From Bacteroidota bacterium (GTDB lineage Bacteria > Bacteroidota > Bacteroidia > Flavobacteriales_D > Sanyastnellaceae), in contig JBEEPJ010000001.1 in the NCBI GenBank assembly GCA_041191165.1, positions 1 through 43,955 on the forward strand: a stretch of 43,955 bases of DNA, written 5' to 3'. The notes below the pieces were generated by a model that saw only the letters and a list, made by a program, of their open reading frames with translations, searched no databases and was not told where the DNA came from. The position numbers and the translations under genes were made by a program. This document shows, piece after piece, positions 35,536 through 43,144 of the stretch; position 1 is the first letter of the stretch; each line of letters begins with the position of its first letter.

Positions 35536-36756
35536 TCAGTGGTGGCGGTTGGCGAGGAGCAGGGGGGCGTCGCCGTTGAAGGGGTTGGGGCGGCCGATGG
35601 TCCGGGCTTCGAGCCCCGCAGCGGCGACGACGCTGCGGTCGCCGTACCGGGAGCGGATGCGGTCAAGCGCCTGGTAGAGGTGGAGCCGTTCCTCCGTGTC
35701 CTGAAACAAGTCCAGCTGGCAGCCCCCGGTGACGAGGTGGCTGAACCGGACTCCGACCAGGCGCACGAGCACGCGCCGGCCGTAAAGACGGTCGAACAGC
35801 TCGAGGATCTTGGGCACGAGCAGGTGATCGGAAGCCGTGTAGGGGATGTGGGCCTGGGCCGTGCGCGTGTCGAAATCCGCGTAGCGGATTTTGACCGCCA
35901 CGCAAGCGGTGCGCCGATTTCCGCGCCGAAGTTGATAAGCGAGATTCTCCGTCATGGCGAGCAGGAGCGTTCGGATTTGGGCCAGATCCATGGTATCCCG
36001 GCCAAACGTACGCTCCGTCGAGATGGACTGCCGTTCGTTGAACGGGATGACCGGCGAGGGGTCGATGCCCCGGGCCTTGTTCCAAATCTGCAACCCCGGC
36101 CTTCCCAGCGCCCGTTCCATCCACTCCGGTTGCATCTGCTGGATGTTGTGGATGCGCCGCAGGCCCAGGTTGCGCAGGGTTTGGTAAGTATGGTCGCCCA
36201 CCATCGGAATCTTGCGGATGGACAGCGGTGCGAGGAACGGCTGCTCGGTGCCGGCGTCGATGCGCAGGGCGTTGTTGGGCTTCGCCTCGCCGGTGGCCAC
36301 CTTGCTGACCGTCTTGTTGGCGCTCAGCCCGAAGGAGATGGGCAATCCGGTTTCGCGGATGACCCGATCCCGCAGTTCACGGGCGAACTTCCAGCATCCG
36401 AAGAAGCGGTCCATGCCCGTAAGATCGGCATAGAACTCATCGATGGACGTCTTTTCACAGACCGGCACCGAGGACCGCACAATCTCCGTCACGGCATCGG
36501 AGTGCTTCATGTACGCCGCGGAATTGCCGCGGATGACGACGGCCTCCGGACACATCTGGCGCGCCTGCCGCATGGGCATCCCGGAGTGCACCCCGAAGGC
36601 CCGCGTCTCATAACTGCACGACGCCACGACGCCGCGGTCCCCCGTGCCTCCGATCAGGATGGGCCGGTTCGCCAGCCGGCTATCGAGCAGCCGCTCCACC
36701 GATACGAAAAACGTATCGAGGTCGAGGTGCAGGATGGATTTGTGCGGCGCTGACAT
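35536..36756 (-). CDS. Y-family DNA polymerase (Pol IV/UmuC-like) with catalytic carboxylates intact (406 aa)
   Basis: Real start MSAPHKSILHLDLDTFFVSVE at 36756. SIDEFYADLTG motif. QLDLF clamp-binding-type pentapeptide followed by a UmuC-like tail (LYQALDRIRSRYG). The track ORF adds 31 aa upstream. Confidence 0.88.
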   Translation of the reverse strand: MSAPHKSILHLDLDTFFVSVERLLDSRLANRPILIGGTGDRGVVASCSYETRAFGVHSGMPMRQARQMCPEAVVIRGNSAAYMKHSDAVTEIVRSSVPVCEKTSIDEFYADLTGMDRFFGCWKFARELRDRVIRETGLPISFGLSANKTVSKVATGEAKPNNALRIDAGTEQPFLAPLSIRKIPMVGDHTYQTLRNLGLRRIHNIQQMQPEWMERALGRPGLQIWNKARGIDPSPVIPFNERQSISTERTFGRDTMDLAQIRTLLLAMTENLAYQLRRGNRRTACVAVKIRYADFDTRTAQAHIPYTASDHLLVPKILELFDRLYGRRVLVRLVGVRFSHLVTGGCQLDLFQDTEERLHLYQALDRIRSRYGDRSVVAAAGLEARTIGRPNPFNGDAPLLLANRHH

Positions 36757-36771
36757 CGGGCTGAATTGCGC

Positions 36772-36788
36772 TGCTAAATTATGTAGCA
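36772..36788. promoter_or_regulatory. Candidate operator: perfect inverted repeat TGCTA-N7-TAGCA in the divergent control region, 16 nt upstream of the Y-family polymerase ATG
   Basis: Read directly. It overlaps AT-rich promoter-like sequence on the minus strand (TACATAATTTAG) and is flanked by ATTGCG hexamers at 36765 and 36788. Confidence 0.4.
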
Positions 36789-36868
36789 TTGCGAAGAAAA
36801 CAAGCATACGGATGCACTTTTTTTCAGGCCAAACCCGTTTCCCACTCATTTCCAGGCCTGTCCCGCGC

Positions 36869-36876
36869 TACATTTG
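36869..36876 (+). promoter_or_regulatory. Bacteroidota-type -7 box TACATTTG upstream of the LexA-like repressor gene
   Basis: Exact TAnnTTTG match ending 24 nt before ATG 36900. Confidence 0.5.
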
Positions 36877-36899
36877 TGGGCATTGCACTGGAATTTGGC

Positions 36900-37703
36900 A
36901 TGAAAACACCCGGCATCCACCTCGCGGAACAGCTCACCCGACTGCGGAAAGCCCGCGGGCTCACCCAGCAAGGCCTCGCGGATGCGCTGCAATTGACCCG
37001 CTCGGCCATCGGCGCGTACGAAGAAGGCCGCGCCGAGCCCAAACTCGCGACCCTCGCCTCCCTCGCCCAATACTTCGGCGCCTCCCTCGACGCCCTCATC
37101 CTCGGCACGCAGGAGGCCGACCCCGCCGCGCACGCCACCGGCGCCCACCTCCGGGTGCTGACGGTGCCGACGGCCAGCGACGACCGCGAGCGGGTGGCGG
37201 TCGTGCCGGTCCGCGCCGCAGCGGGGTACCTGCGGGGCTACGGTGATCCGGAGTACATGGGCAACCTGCCCACCTTCGCCCTGCCGCTCAAGGAGGTTTC
37301 GTCTGAAGCCACCTACCGCCTGTTCCAAATCGAAGGCGACAGCATGCTGCCCATTCCCTCTGGCAGTTACATCCTGAGCACCTACCAAGAGGACTGGACG
37401 CGCGCGGGGGGCATGCGGCCCTACATCGTGGTCACGCGCACGCACGGGATCGTATTCAAGCGGCTGGAGAACCGGCTGGACACCCATGGCGACTGGCTTT
37501 TCCTGTCGGACAACCCGGACTTCGCGCCGTTCACGGCAGGGCCGGATGAGGTGGTAGAGGTTTGGCGCGCAGTGGGTTACATCGCTTTCCACTGGCCCAC
37601 GCCGGCGTTCTCGGGCATGGAGCGCATTCAGGTGACCCTGGATCAGGTGCGCGAGGATGTCCAAGTGATGAGGCAAAACCTGCTCCCCCCTAACCCTCAA
37701 TAA
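36900..37703 (+). CDS. XRE/CI-type HTH + S24 peptidase repressor (non-canonical LexA-like, 267 aa)
   Basis: N-terminal HTH (LRKARGLTQQGLADALQLTRSAIGAYEEG). VPVRAAAGY Ala-Gly cleavage-site-like segment. S24 catalytic Ser (GDSM) and Lys (VFKRL). The track start at 36789 is a TTG extension. Confidence 0.88.
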   Translation: MKTPGIHLAEQLTRLRKARGLTQQGLADALQLTRSAIGAYEEGRAEPKLATLASLAQYFGASLDALILGTQEADPAAHATGAHLRVLTVPTASDDRERVAVVPVRAAAGYLRGYGDPEYMGNLPTFALPLKEVSSEATYRLFQIEGDSMLPIPSGSYILSTYQEDWTRAGGMRPYIVVTRTHGIVFKRLENRLDTHGDWLFLSDNPDFAPFTAGPDEVVEVWRAVGYIAFHWPTPAFSGMERIQVTLDQVREDVQVMRQNLLPPNPQ

Positions 37704-37751
37704 CCCGCGCATCGCGCCCGCGCCCGCCCCTGCGCGCCGCGCCTGTGCCAG

Positions 37752-37783
37752 CGCCCGCCCAAGCAACCGCCCGCCCAAGCACC
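37752..37783. repeat. Two tandem 16-nt units (CGCCCGCCCAAGCAAC / CGCCCGCCCAAGCACC) within a C-rich CGCCCG-type low-complexity spacer
   Basis: 15 of 16 identical when read directly. Lies between the convergent LexA-like and nfu genes. Confidence 0.8.
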
Positions 37784-37808
37784 CGCGCCCGCTCCGCCCG
37801 CCGGGCGC

Positions 37809-38465
37809 TCAGGACGCGACGACCTCGCGGACTTCGGGAATCTTCGCCGTGAGGAGCTGCTCGATGCCGCCCTTGAGGGTCTGCATCGAGGAGGGGCATC
37901 CGCTGCACGCGCCCCGCATGTGGACGTAGACCGTGCCGTCCTTGAAGGCCTTGAAGTCGATGGCCCCGCCATCCTGCTCGACCGCGGGCCGGACAAACTC
38001 GTCCAGTAGGTGCCGAATGGCATCGTCGAAGGGGGAGGGGACGATGTCGGCGTCGGCGATGAAGGCGGAGTTGGGGGAAGGGGTTTGGCCTGAAGAAACA
38101 GCCCCTTCAGAACCAGCACCCGGCACCAACATTCCGCTGGCCTGAGCGGCTTCCAACGCCTCCACATCGACCGCCACGGCATGCTCCATGAGCCACTCGC
38201 GGATGTACTCGCGCAGCTGCTGGACGATCATCTCCCAGCCCAGCGCGCTTTCCTTGGTGACGGACACAAAGGGACCGCTGATGAAGACGGACGTGACGAA
38301 GGGGAAATGGAAAAGTTCGGAGGCCAGGGGCGAACAGACCGCCGCTTCCTGGGCCGAGCGGAATTCAACTTGGTGGCCGCCGGGCAACAAATCGCGGTCC
38401 GCCACGAACTTCATGACCTCCGGGTTGGGGGTCATCTCGGCATATACAGAAGTGGGAATGGGCAT
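37809..38465 (-). CDS. NifU/Nfu-family Fe-S cluster scaffold/carrier (Nfu_N domain + NifU C-terminal CxxC domain, 218 aa)
   Basis: N-terminal YAEMTPNPEVMKFV (Nfu_N). C-terminal DGG.I.F......V.V.M.GACSGCPSS motif. Confidence 0.85.
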   Translation of the reverse strand: MPIPTSVYAEMTPNPEVMKFVADRDLLPGGHQVEFRSAQEAAVCSPLASELFHFPFVTSVFISGPFVSVTKESALGWEMIVQQLREYIREWLMEHAVAVDVEALEAAQASGMLVPGAGSEGAVSSGQTPSPNSAFIADADIVPSPFDDAIRHLLDEFVRPAVEQDGGAIDFKAFKDGTVYVHMRGACSGCPSSMQTLKGGIEQLLTAKIPEVREVVAS

Positions 38466-38546
38466 GGTGCAAAGGTAGATTGGGCCGCGTAACTTGGCCG
38501 CTCAAATACCGCCGTTTTGAAAGTTTTGCAACTCATCCGCCACCGC

Positions 38547-41500
38547 ATGGCGTCGGGGTTTCCCGGGCTGCGCCTGACGACTTTGGGGGTCTTGCTCGTG
38601 GCCGGTTGGGCTTCGGTAGCCCAAACCCTCTCCACCACGTTCCCCGCCAACGGGACCACCGACCCGGATGTGGTCAGCGTGGTGCTGGAACATGCCACGG
38701 TGCATTTGCCGGGTGGCGAAGTGCTGCGCGACGGCGCCGTTTGGGTGAAGCACGGCCGGGTAGAGGCGGTGGGCCCCACGGGGGGACTGCCGGTGCGGGG
38801 TGCGGCGGTGCGGGTGGACCTGACGGGGCTGCACTTGTACCCGTCGTGGGTCGATTTGACGCCGGAATGGGGCTGGCCGTCGGGAGGGGTGGCGAAGACG
38901 GCAGAGGGTCGGCCGGGCAGCGGGGCGCAGGAGCTCTCCGACAAGAAGGGGGCGTACGGATGGAATGAGGCCATCCGTCCCGAGGTGGATGCGGTGGATT
39001 ACTTCGACCCGCGGGACGAGGGCCAGTCCGGCTCGGCGGCCCAGCTGCGCAAGGCCGGCATCGGCACGGTGCTGGTCCACGTCCAGGACGGCATCGCCCG
39101 CGGCACGGGCGTGCTGGCGACGGTGGGCAACGACCCGCGCCGCGCCCTGCTCGCGCCCCGGGCCTCGGCGCACTGGAGTTTCCAGCGGGGGAGTTCGAGC
39201 CAGGACTACCCGCGCTCGCTGATGGGCGCCATCGCCCTCATCGAACAGTCGCACCACGACGCCACCTGGTACGCGGCTGCGGAGGCGGCGGGCGAGCGCC
39301 CCGAGCCCAACCTCTCCCTCTCGGCCCTGGCCGCCTCGCGCCGGTTGCCCACCTTCTTCGCCGTGGCGGGATGGGCCGACGCCCTGCGCGCCGACGCCCT
39401 GCGCCGCCGGGTGGGCGCAGAGCGACCCTGGGTCATGACCGGCGTGGCGGACGGATACCAGCGGGTCGAGGAGCTCAAGGCCACCGGAGCCGCCTGCGTG
39501 GTGCCTCTGAACTTTCCCAAGCCCTTCGACGTGGCGGATCCGGAGGCGGCGCGGTTGATTGCGATGGGCGAGCTCCAGCACTGGGAATGGGCGCCCTCGA
39601 ATGCGGCCGTGCTGCACGCGGCGGGCGTCCCCTTCGCCTTCACCACGGCGGGCTTGAAGGATCCGGCGGACGCCTGGGCCGCGACCCGCAAGGCCATTGC
39701 GCGCGGGTTGTCGCCGGAGGCGGCCCTGGCGGCTTGGACCGAGGTACCGGCGCGCCTGGTGGGTGCGGCGGACCGGGTCGGGTCCATTCGGGTGGGGGCG
39801 GAGGCGAACTTCCTCGTGATGTCCGGCCCGATTTGGGAGCCGGATTCGCGGCTGCTGGAGCACTGGGTGCAGGGCGTGCCGGAGGTGCTGGCGGACCGGG
39901 AGGAAGTGGACATCCGCGGCTGGTACGACGTGGGTTGGGAGAATCAGCTCGTTCGGCTGGAAATCTCCGGCAAGCGCGAGAGCCCGGAGGCGGCGTTGAT
40001 CTTGCCCGGCGCGGCGGACACCCTGCGCATTCCCGTGCGCATGCGCCGCCAGGGCCGCCAGCTGCAGTGGGACTTCCGCACCGACACGCTCGGGATGGAC
40101 GGCTGGGTGCGTTTGCAAGGCCAAATCTGGATGGACAGCCGCATCCTCGAAGGCGAGGGCATCAAGCCCGACGGCTCCACCTTCACCTGGAGTGGCGTCC
40201 GCCAGTCCGACGAGCGGGGCGACCCGCGGTCGGCGAAGTCGGCTTCCGGTCCCGCCGGCGATGAGCCGCCGCTGGGCGAACTCGTCTTCCCCTTCACGGC
40301 TTACGGCCGGCCGGAAATCCCGAGGCAGGGCACGGTGTGGATTCGGAATGCGACGGTTTGGACCAACGAATCCCAGGGCATCCTGCCGTACGCCGAGGTC
40401 CTGATCCACCAGGGCAAGATCGCCGCCGTCGGCAACTTGCTCCAGCCCGCCCAAATCCTCGGCCCCGACGCCATCGCGGGCATGCAGACCATCGACGCTT
40501 CCGGCAAGCACGTCACCTCGGGCATCATCGACGAGCACAGCCACATCGCCATCGCCCGCGGGGTGAACGAGGGCACCCAGGCCTCCAGCGCGGAGGTCTG
40601 CATCGGCCACGTGCTGGACTCCGAGGACGTCGAGATCTACCGCCAGCTGGCCGGCGGCGTCACGTCCGCGCAGCTCCTCCACGGCTCCGCCAACCCCATC
40701 GGCGGCCAAAGCGCCGTCATCAAGCTCCGCTGGGGCGCGTCTCCGGCCGGCCTGCACTTCGAAGGTTCGGTGCCGTTCATCAAGTTTGCCCTGGGCGAGA
40801 ATGTGAAGCAGAGCAACTGGGGCAACGAATACCGCAGCCGTTTCCCGCAATCGCGCATGGGCGTGGAGCAGGTTTATTACGACCACTTCCTGCGGGCGGC
40901 GGCGTACGATGCGGCGTGGCAGGCCTATGCCGCGGAGTCCGCGGGGCTCACGCGCCGCGACCGCCGGGCCGGGGTGACGCCGGTGGCGCCGCGTCGGGAT
41001 TTGGAACTGGAGGCGCTGGCCCAAATCCTGCGCGAAGAGCGCTTCATCACCTGCCACAGCTACCGCCAAGACGAGATCAACATGCTCATGCACGTCGCGG
41101 ATTCGCTGGGCTTCCGCATCAACACGTTCACCCACATCCTCGAGGGCTACAAAGTGGCCGACAAGATGGCGGCGCACGGCGCGGGCGGGTCGAGTTTCAG
41201 CGACTGGTGGGCCTACAAGTACGAGGTCAAGGACGCCATCCCCTACAACGGGGCGGTGCTGCACGGCCAAGGGGTGGTGACGGCGTTCAACTCCGATGAC
41301 GCGGAGATGGCGCGCCGCCTCAACCAGGAGGCCGCCAAGGCCGTGAAGTACGGCGGGGTCAGCGAGGAGGAGGCCTGGAAGTTCGTGACCCTCAATCCCG
41401 CCAAGCTCCTGCACATCGACCACCGCGTGGGCTCACTCGCCCCGGGCAAGGACGCCGATGTGGTCATCTGGAGCGACCATCCTTTGAGCATCTACGCCCG

Positions 41501-41702
41501 GGCGGAGGCGACGTTCGTCGATGGCCGCCTCTACTTCGACCTGGCTTCTGACGCCGCCCTGCGCGCCTCGATGGTCCGCGAGCGGGCCCGCATCATCCAG
41601 CGCATGGCTTCGGACGACACCCCCAAGGAAGAGCGCCGAAAGCCGTCCGAGCGCATGCGCCAGCATTACCACTGTGACACCTTAACCGACGAAATCCGAT
41701 GA
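38547..41702 (+). CDS. Secreted two-module amidohydrolase-superfamily protein (1051 aa from ATG 38547; the track start 38517 is a TTG)
   Basis: Signal MASGFPGLRLTTLGVLLVAGWASVAQ. The C-terminal module has the HxH motif (GIIDEHSHIA), later His residues and FNSDD, and ends GSLAPGKDADVVIW. The N-terminal module has the same beta-sandwich ends (VGSIRVGAEANFLVM) but YPSWVDL instead of the HxH segment. Confidence 0.8.
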   Translation: MASGFPGLRLTTLGVLLVAGWASVAQTLSTTFPANGTTDPDVVSVVLEHATVHLPGGEVLRDGAVWVKHGRVEAVGPTGGLPVRGAAVRVDLTGLHLYPSWVDLTPEWGWPSGGVAKTAEGRPGSGAQELSDKKGAYGWNEAIRPEVDAVDYFDPRDEGQSGSAAQLRKAGIGTVLVHVQDGIARGTGVLATVGNDPRRALLAPRASAHWSFQRGSSSQDYPRSLMGAIALIEQSHHDATWYAAAEAAGERPEPNLSLSALAASRRLPTFFAVAGWADALRADALRRRVGAERPWVMTGVADGYQRVEELKATGAACVVPLNFPKPFDVADPEAARLIAMGELQHWEWAPSNAAVLHAAGVPFAFTTAGLKDPADAWAATRKAIARGLSPEAALAAWTEVPARLVGAADRVGSIRVGAEANFLVMSGPIWEPDSRLLEHWVQGVPEVLADREEVDIRGWYDVGWENQLVRLEISGKRESPEAALILPGAADTLRIPVRMRRQGRQLQWDFRTDTLGMDGWVRLQGQIWMDSRILEGEGIKPDGSTFTWSGVRQSDERGDPRSAKSASGPAGDEPPLGELVFPFTAYGRPEIPRQGTVWIRNATVWTNESQGILPYAEVLIHQGKIAAVGNLLQPAQILGPDAIAGMQTIDASGKHVTSGIIDEHSHIAIARGVNEGTQASSAEVCIGHVLDSEDVEIYRQLAGGVTSAQLLHGSANPIGGQSAVIKLRWGASPAGLHFEGSVPFIKFALGENVKQSNWGNEYRSRFPQSRMGVEQVYYDHFLRAAAYDAAWQAYAAESAGLTRRDRRAGVTPVAPRRDLELEALAQILREERFITCHSYRQDEINMLMHVADSLGFRINTFTHILEGYKVADKMAAHGAGGSSFSDWWAYKYEVKDAIPYNGAVLHGQGVVTAFNSDDAEMARRLNQEAAKAVKYGGVSEEEAWKFVTLNPAKLLHIDHRVGSLAPGKDADVVIWSDHPLSIYARAEATFVDGRLYFDLASDAALRASMVRERARIIQRMASDDTPKEERRKPSERMRQHYHCDTLTDEIR

Positions 41703-43072
41703 AAGCGCTTGTACAATCCAGGCTGCGGGCCGGGCGGCAATGGGCTGCCGGAATCGCGGTCGCAGGGCTCCTGGCGATGGGGGGAGGGGGTGTGGCGGTG
41801 GCGCAGCCCACGCCGGCTCCGGCCCAGTCCGTGCCCACCTTGATCGTCGGGGTCAAGGCCCACCTCGGCACGGGCGACGTCATCGATCCGGCGGCCATCG
41901 GATTCCGCAACGGCCGCATCGACTTCGTGGGCCGGGCCTCCGAGGTGGACCGAAGCCGCTATGCCCAGGTCATTGAGGCGCCTGGGAGCCACGCCTATCC
42001 CGGGTTCATCGCCCCCAATACGACCCTGGGACTGCAGGAAATCGAGGCGGTGCGCGCCTCGGTGGACGCTTATGAGGTGGGTACCTTTCGCCCCAACGTC
42101 CGCTCGGTCATCGCCTACAACACCGAGAGCGAAGTCATCCCCACCGTGCGGACCAACGGCGTCCTGCTGGGGCAGCCCACCCCGCGCGGCGGCGTCATCA
42201 GCGGCTCGAGCGGGGTCGTGCACTTCGACGCCTGGAACTGGGAGGACGCCGCCATTCGCATGGTGGACGGGGTGCACCTCAACTGGCCCACGGTGATGCA
42301 CCGCCATTACGACGCCGGCACCCTGGAGGTGCGCCGGGCGAAGAATTACGACCAGCAGCGCCGCGAGATCACCGCCTTCTTCGAGGAGGCCGCGGCCTAC
42401 ATCAAGGCCCACCCCCGTCCGGTGGCGGAGGCCAGCGCCACCCCGCGCGACATCCGGCTCGAGGCCATGCGCGGCGTTTTGAAGGGCGAAACGGCCCTTT
42501 ACGTGCATGCCGACGACGCCCGGGCACTAACGGAGGTCGTTCACTTCAAGCGGGCCCTCGAATTGCCCCGGGTGGTCATCGTGGGCGGCGCGGAGAGCCA
42601 CCGCGTGGCGGACATGCTGCGGGACAACAACATCGCAGTGATGCTCCAGCGGGTGCACAGCCTGCCGTACCACGAGGACGATGACGTGGATTTGCCCTTC
42701 AAACTCCCCAAACTCCTGCAAGACGAAGGCGTCCTCTTCTGCCTGCAGAATGAAGGACCGCACGAATTCATGGGCACCCGCAACCTGCCCTTTTACGCCG
42801 GGACGGCTTGTGCTTATGGTTTGACCTACGAACAAGCCGTTCGCAGCGTCTCCCTGAACGCCGCGCGCATCCTGGGCATCGACGACCGCTATGGCTCGCT
42901 AGAGGCCGGCAAAAGCGCCACCCTGTTCCTCTCGACGGGCGACGCGCTGGACATGCGGACGAACCACGTGACCCACGCGTTCATCGACGGCCGCGCCATC
43001 GACCTCAACAACCGGCAGCTGGAGCTGTACCGCAAGTACCAGGCGAAGTACAACGCCCCGGTGGTGGAGTGA
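41699..43072 (+). CDS. Secreted amidohydrolase-family protein lacking the HxH metal motif (457 aa)
   Basis: Signal/TM (AAGIAVAGLLAMGG). YPGFIAPNTTLGL sits at the position of PG.ID.H.H. The C-terminal GSLEAGKSATLFL is typical of the fold. The ATG overlaps the upstream stop (ATGA). Confidence 0.75.
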   Translation: MKALVQSRLRAGRQWAAGIAVAGLLAMGGGGVAVAQPTPAPAQSVPTLIVGVKAHLGTGDVIDPAAIGFRNGRIDFVGRASEVDRSRYAQVIEAPGSHAYPGFIAPNTTLGLQEIEAVRASVDAYEVGTFRPNVRSVIAYNTESEVIPTVRTNGVLLGQPTPRGGVISGSSGVVHFDAWNWEDAAIRMVDGVHLNWPTVMHRHYDAGTLEVRRAKNYDQQRREITAFFEEAAAYIKAHPRPVAEASATPRDIRLEAMRGVLKGETALYVHADDARALTEVVHFKRALELPRVVIVGGAESHRVADMLRDNNIAVMLQRVHSLPYHEDDDVDLPFKLPKLLQDEGVLFCLQNEGPHEFMGTRNLPFYAGTACAYGLTYEQAVRSVSLNAARILGIDDRYGSLEAGKSATLFLSTGDALDMRTNHVTHAFIDGRAIDLNNRQLELYRKYQAKYNAPVVE

Positions 43073-43095
43073 CGGCGCAGGCGGCGGGAGCGACC

Positions 43096-43130
43096 CCGTC
43101 TCCGTCTCCGCCTCCGTCCCCGTCCCCGCC
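43096..43130. repeat. Hexamer microsatellite (CCGYCY) x about 6: CCGTCT CCGTCT CCGCCT CCGTCC CCGTCC CCGCC
   Basis: Read directly, in the 72-nt spacer between convergent genes. Confidence 0.8.
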
Positions 43131-43144
43131 TTAAGCGGACCGGG

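Noticed and set aside
34407-35666. 419-aa minus-strand ORF in a third frame across SRAP and the dnaE2 start
   Set aside because: It has a Pro/Ser/Thr-rich low-complexity translation and conflicts with two motif-supported genes.
35539-36753. 404-aa plus-strand ORF antisense to the Y-family polymerase gene
   Set aside because: Shadow ORF. The catalytic motifs are on the minus strand.
36789-36899. 37-aa N-terminal extension of the LexA-like repressor (TTG start in the track)
   Set aside because: It would start inside the candidate operator and promoter region, upstream of the TACATTTG box. The HTH domain begins right after ATG 36900.
38502-41423. 973-aa minus-strand ORF antisense to the large amidohydrolase gene
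   Set aside because: It has Arg/His/Gly/Pro-rich shadow-ORF composition and no motifs. The plus-strand frame has amidohydrolase signatures.
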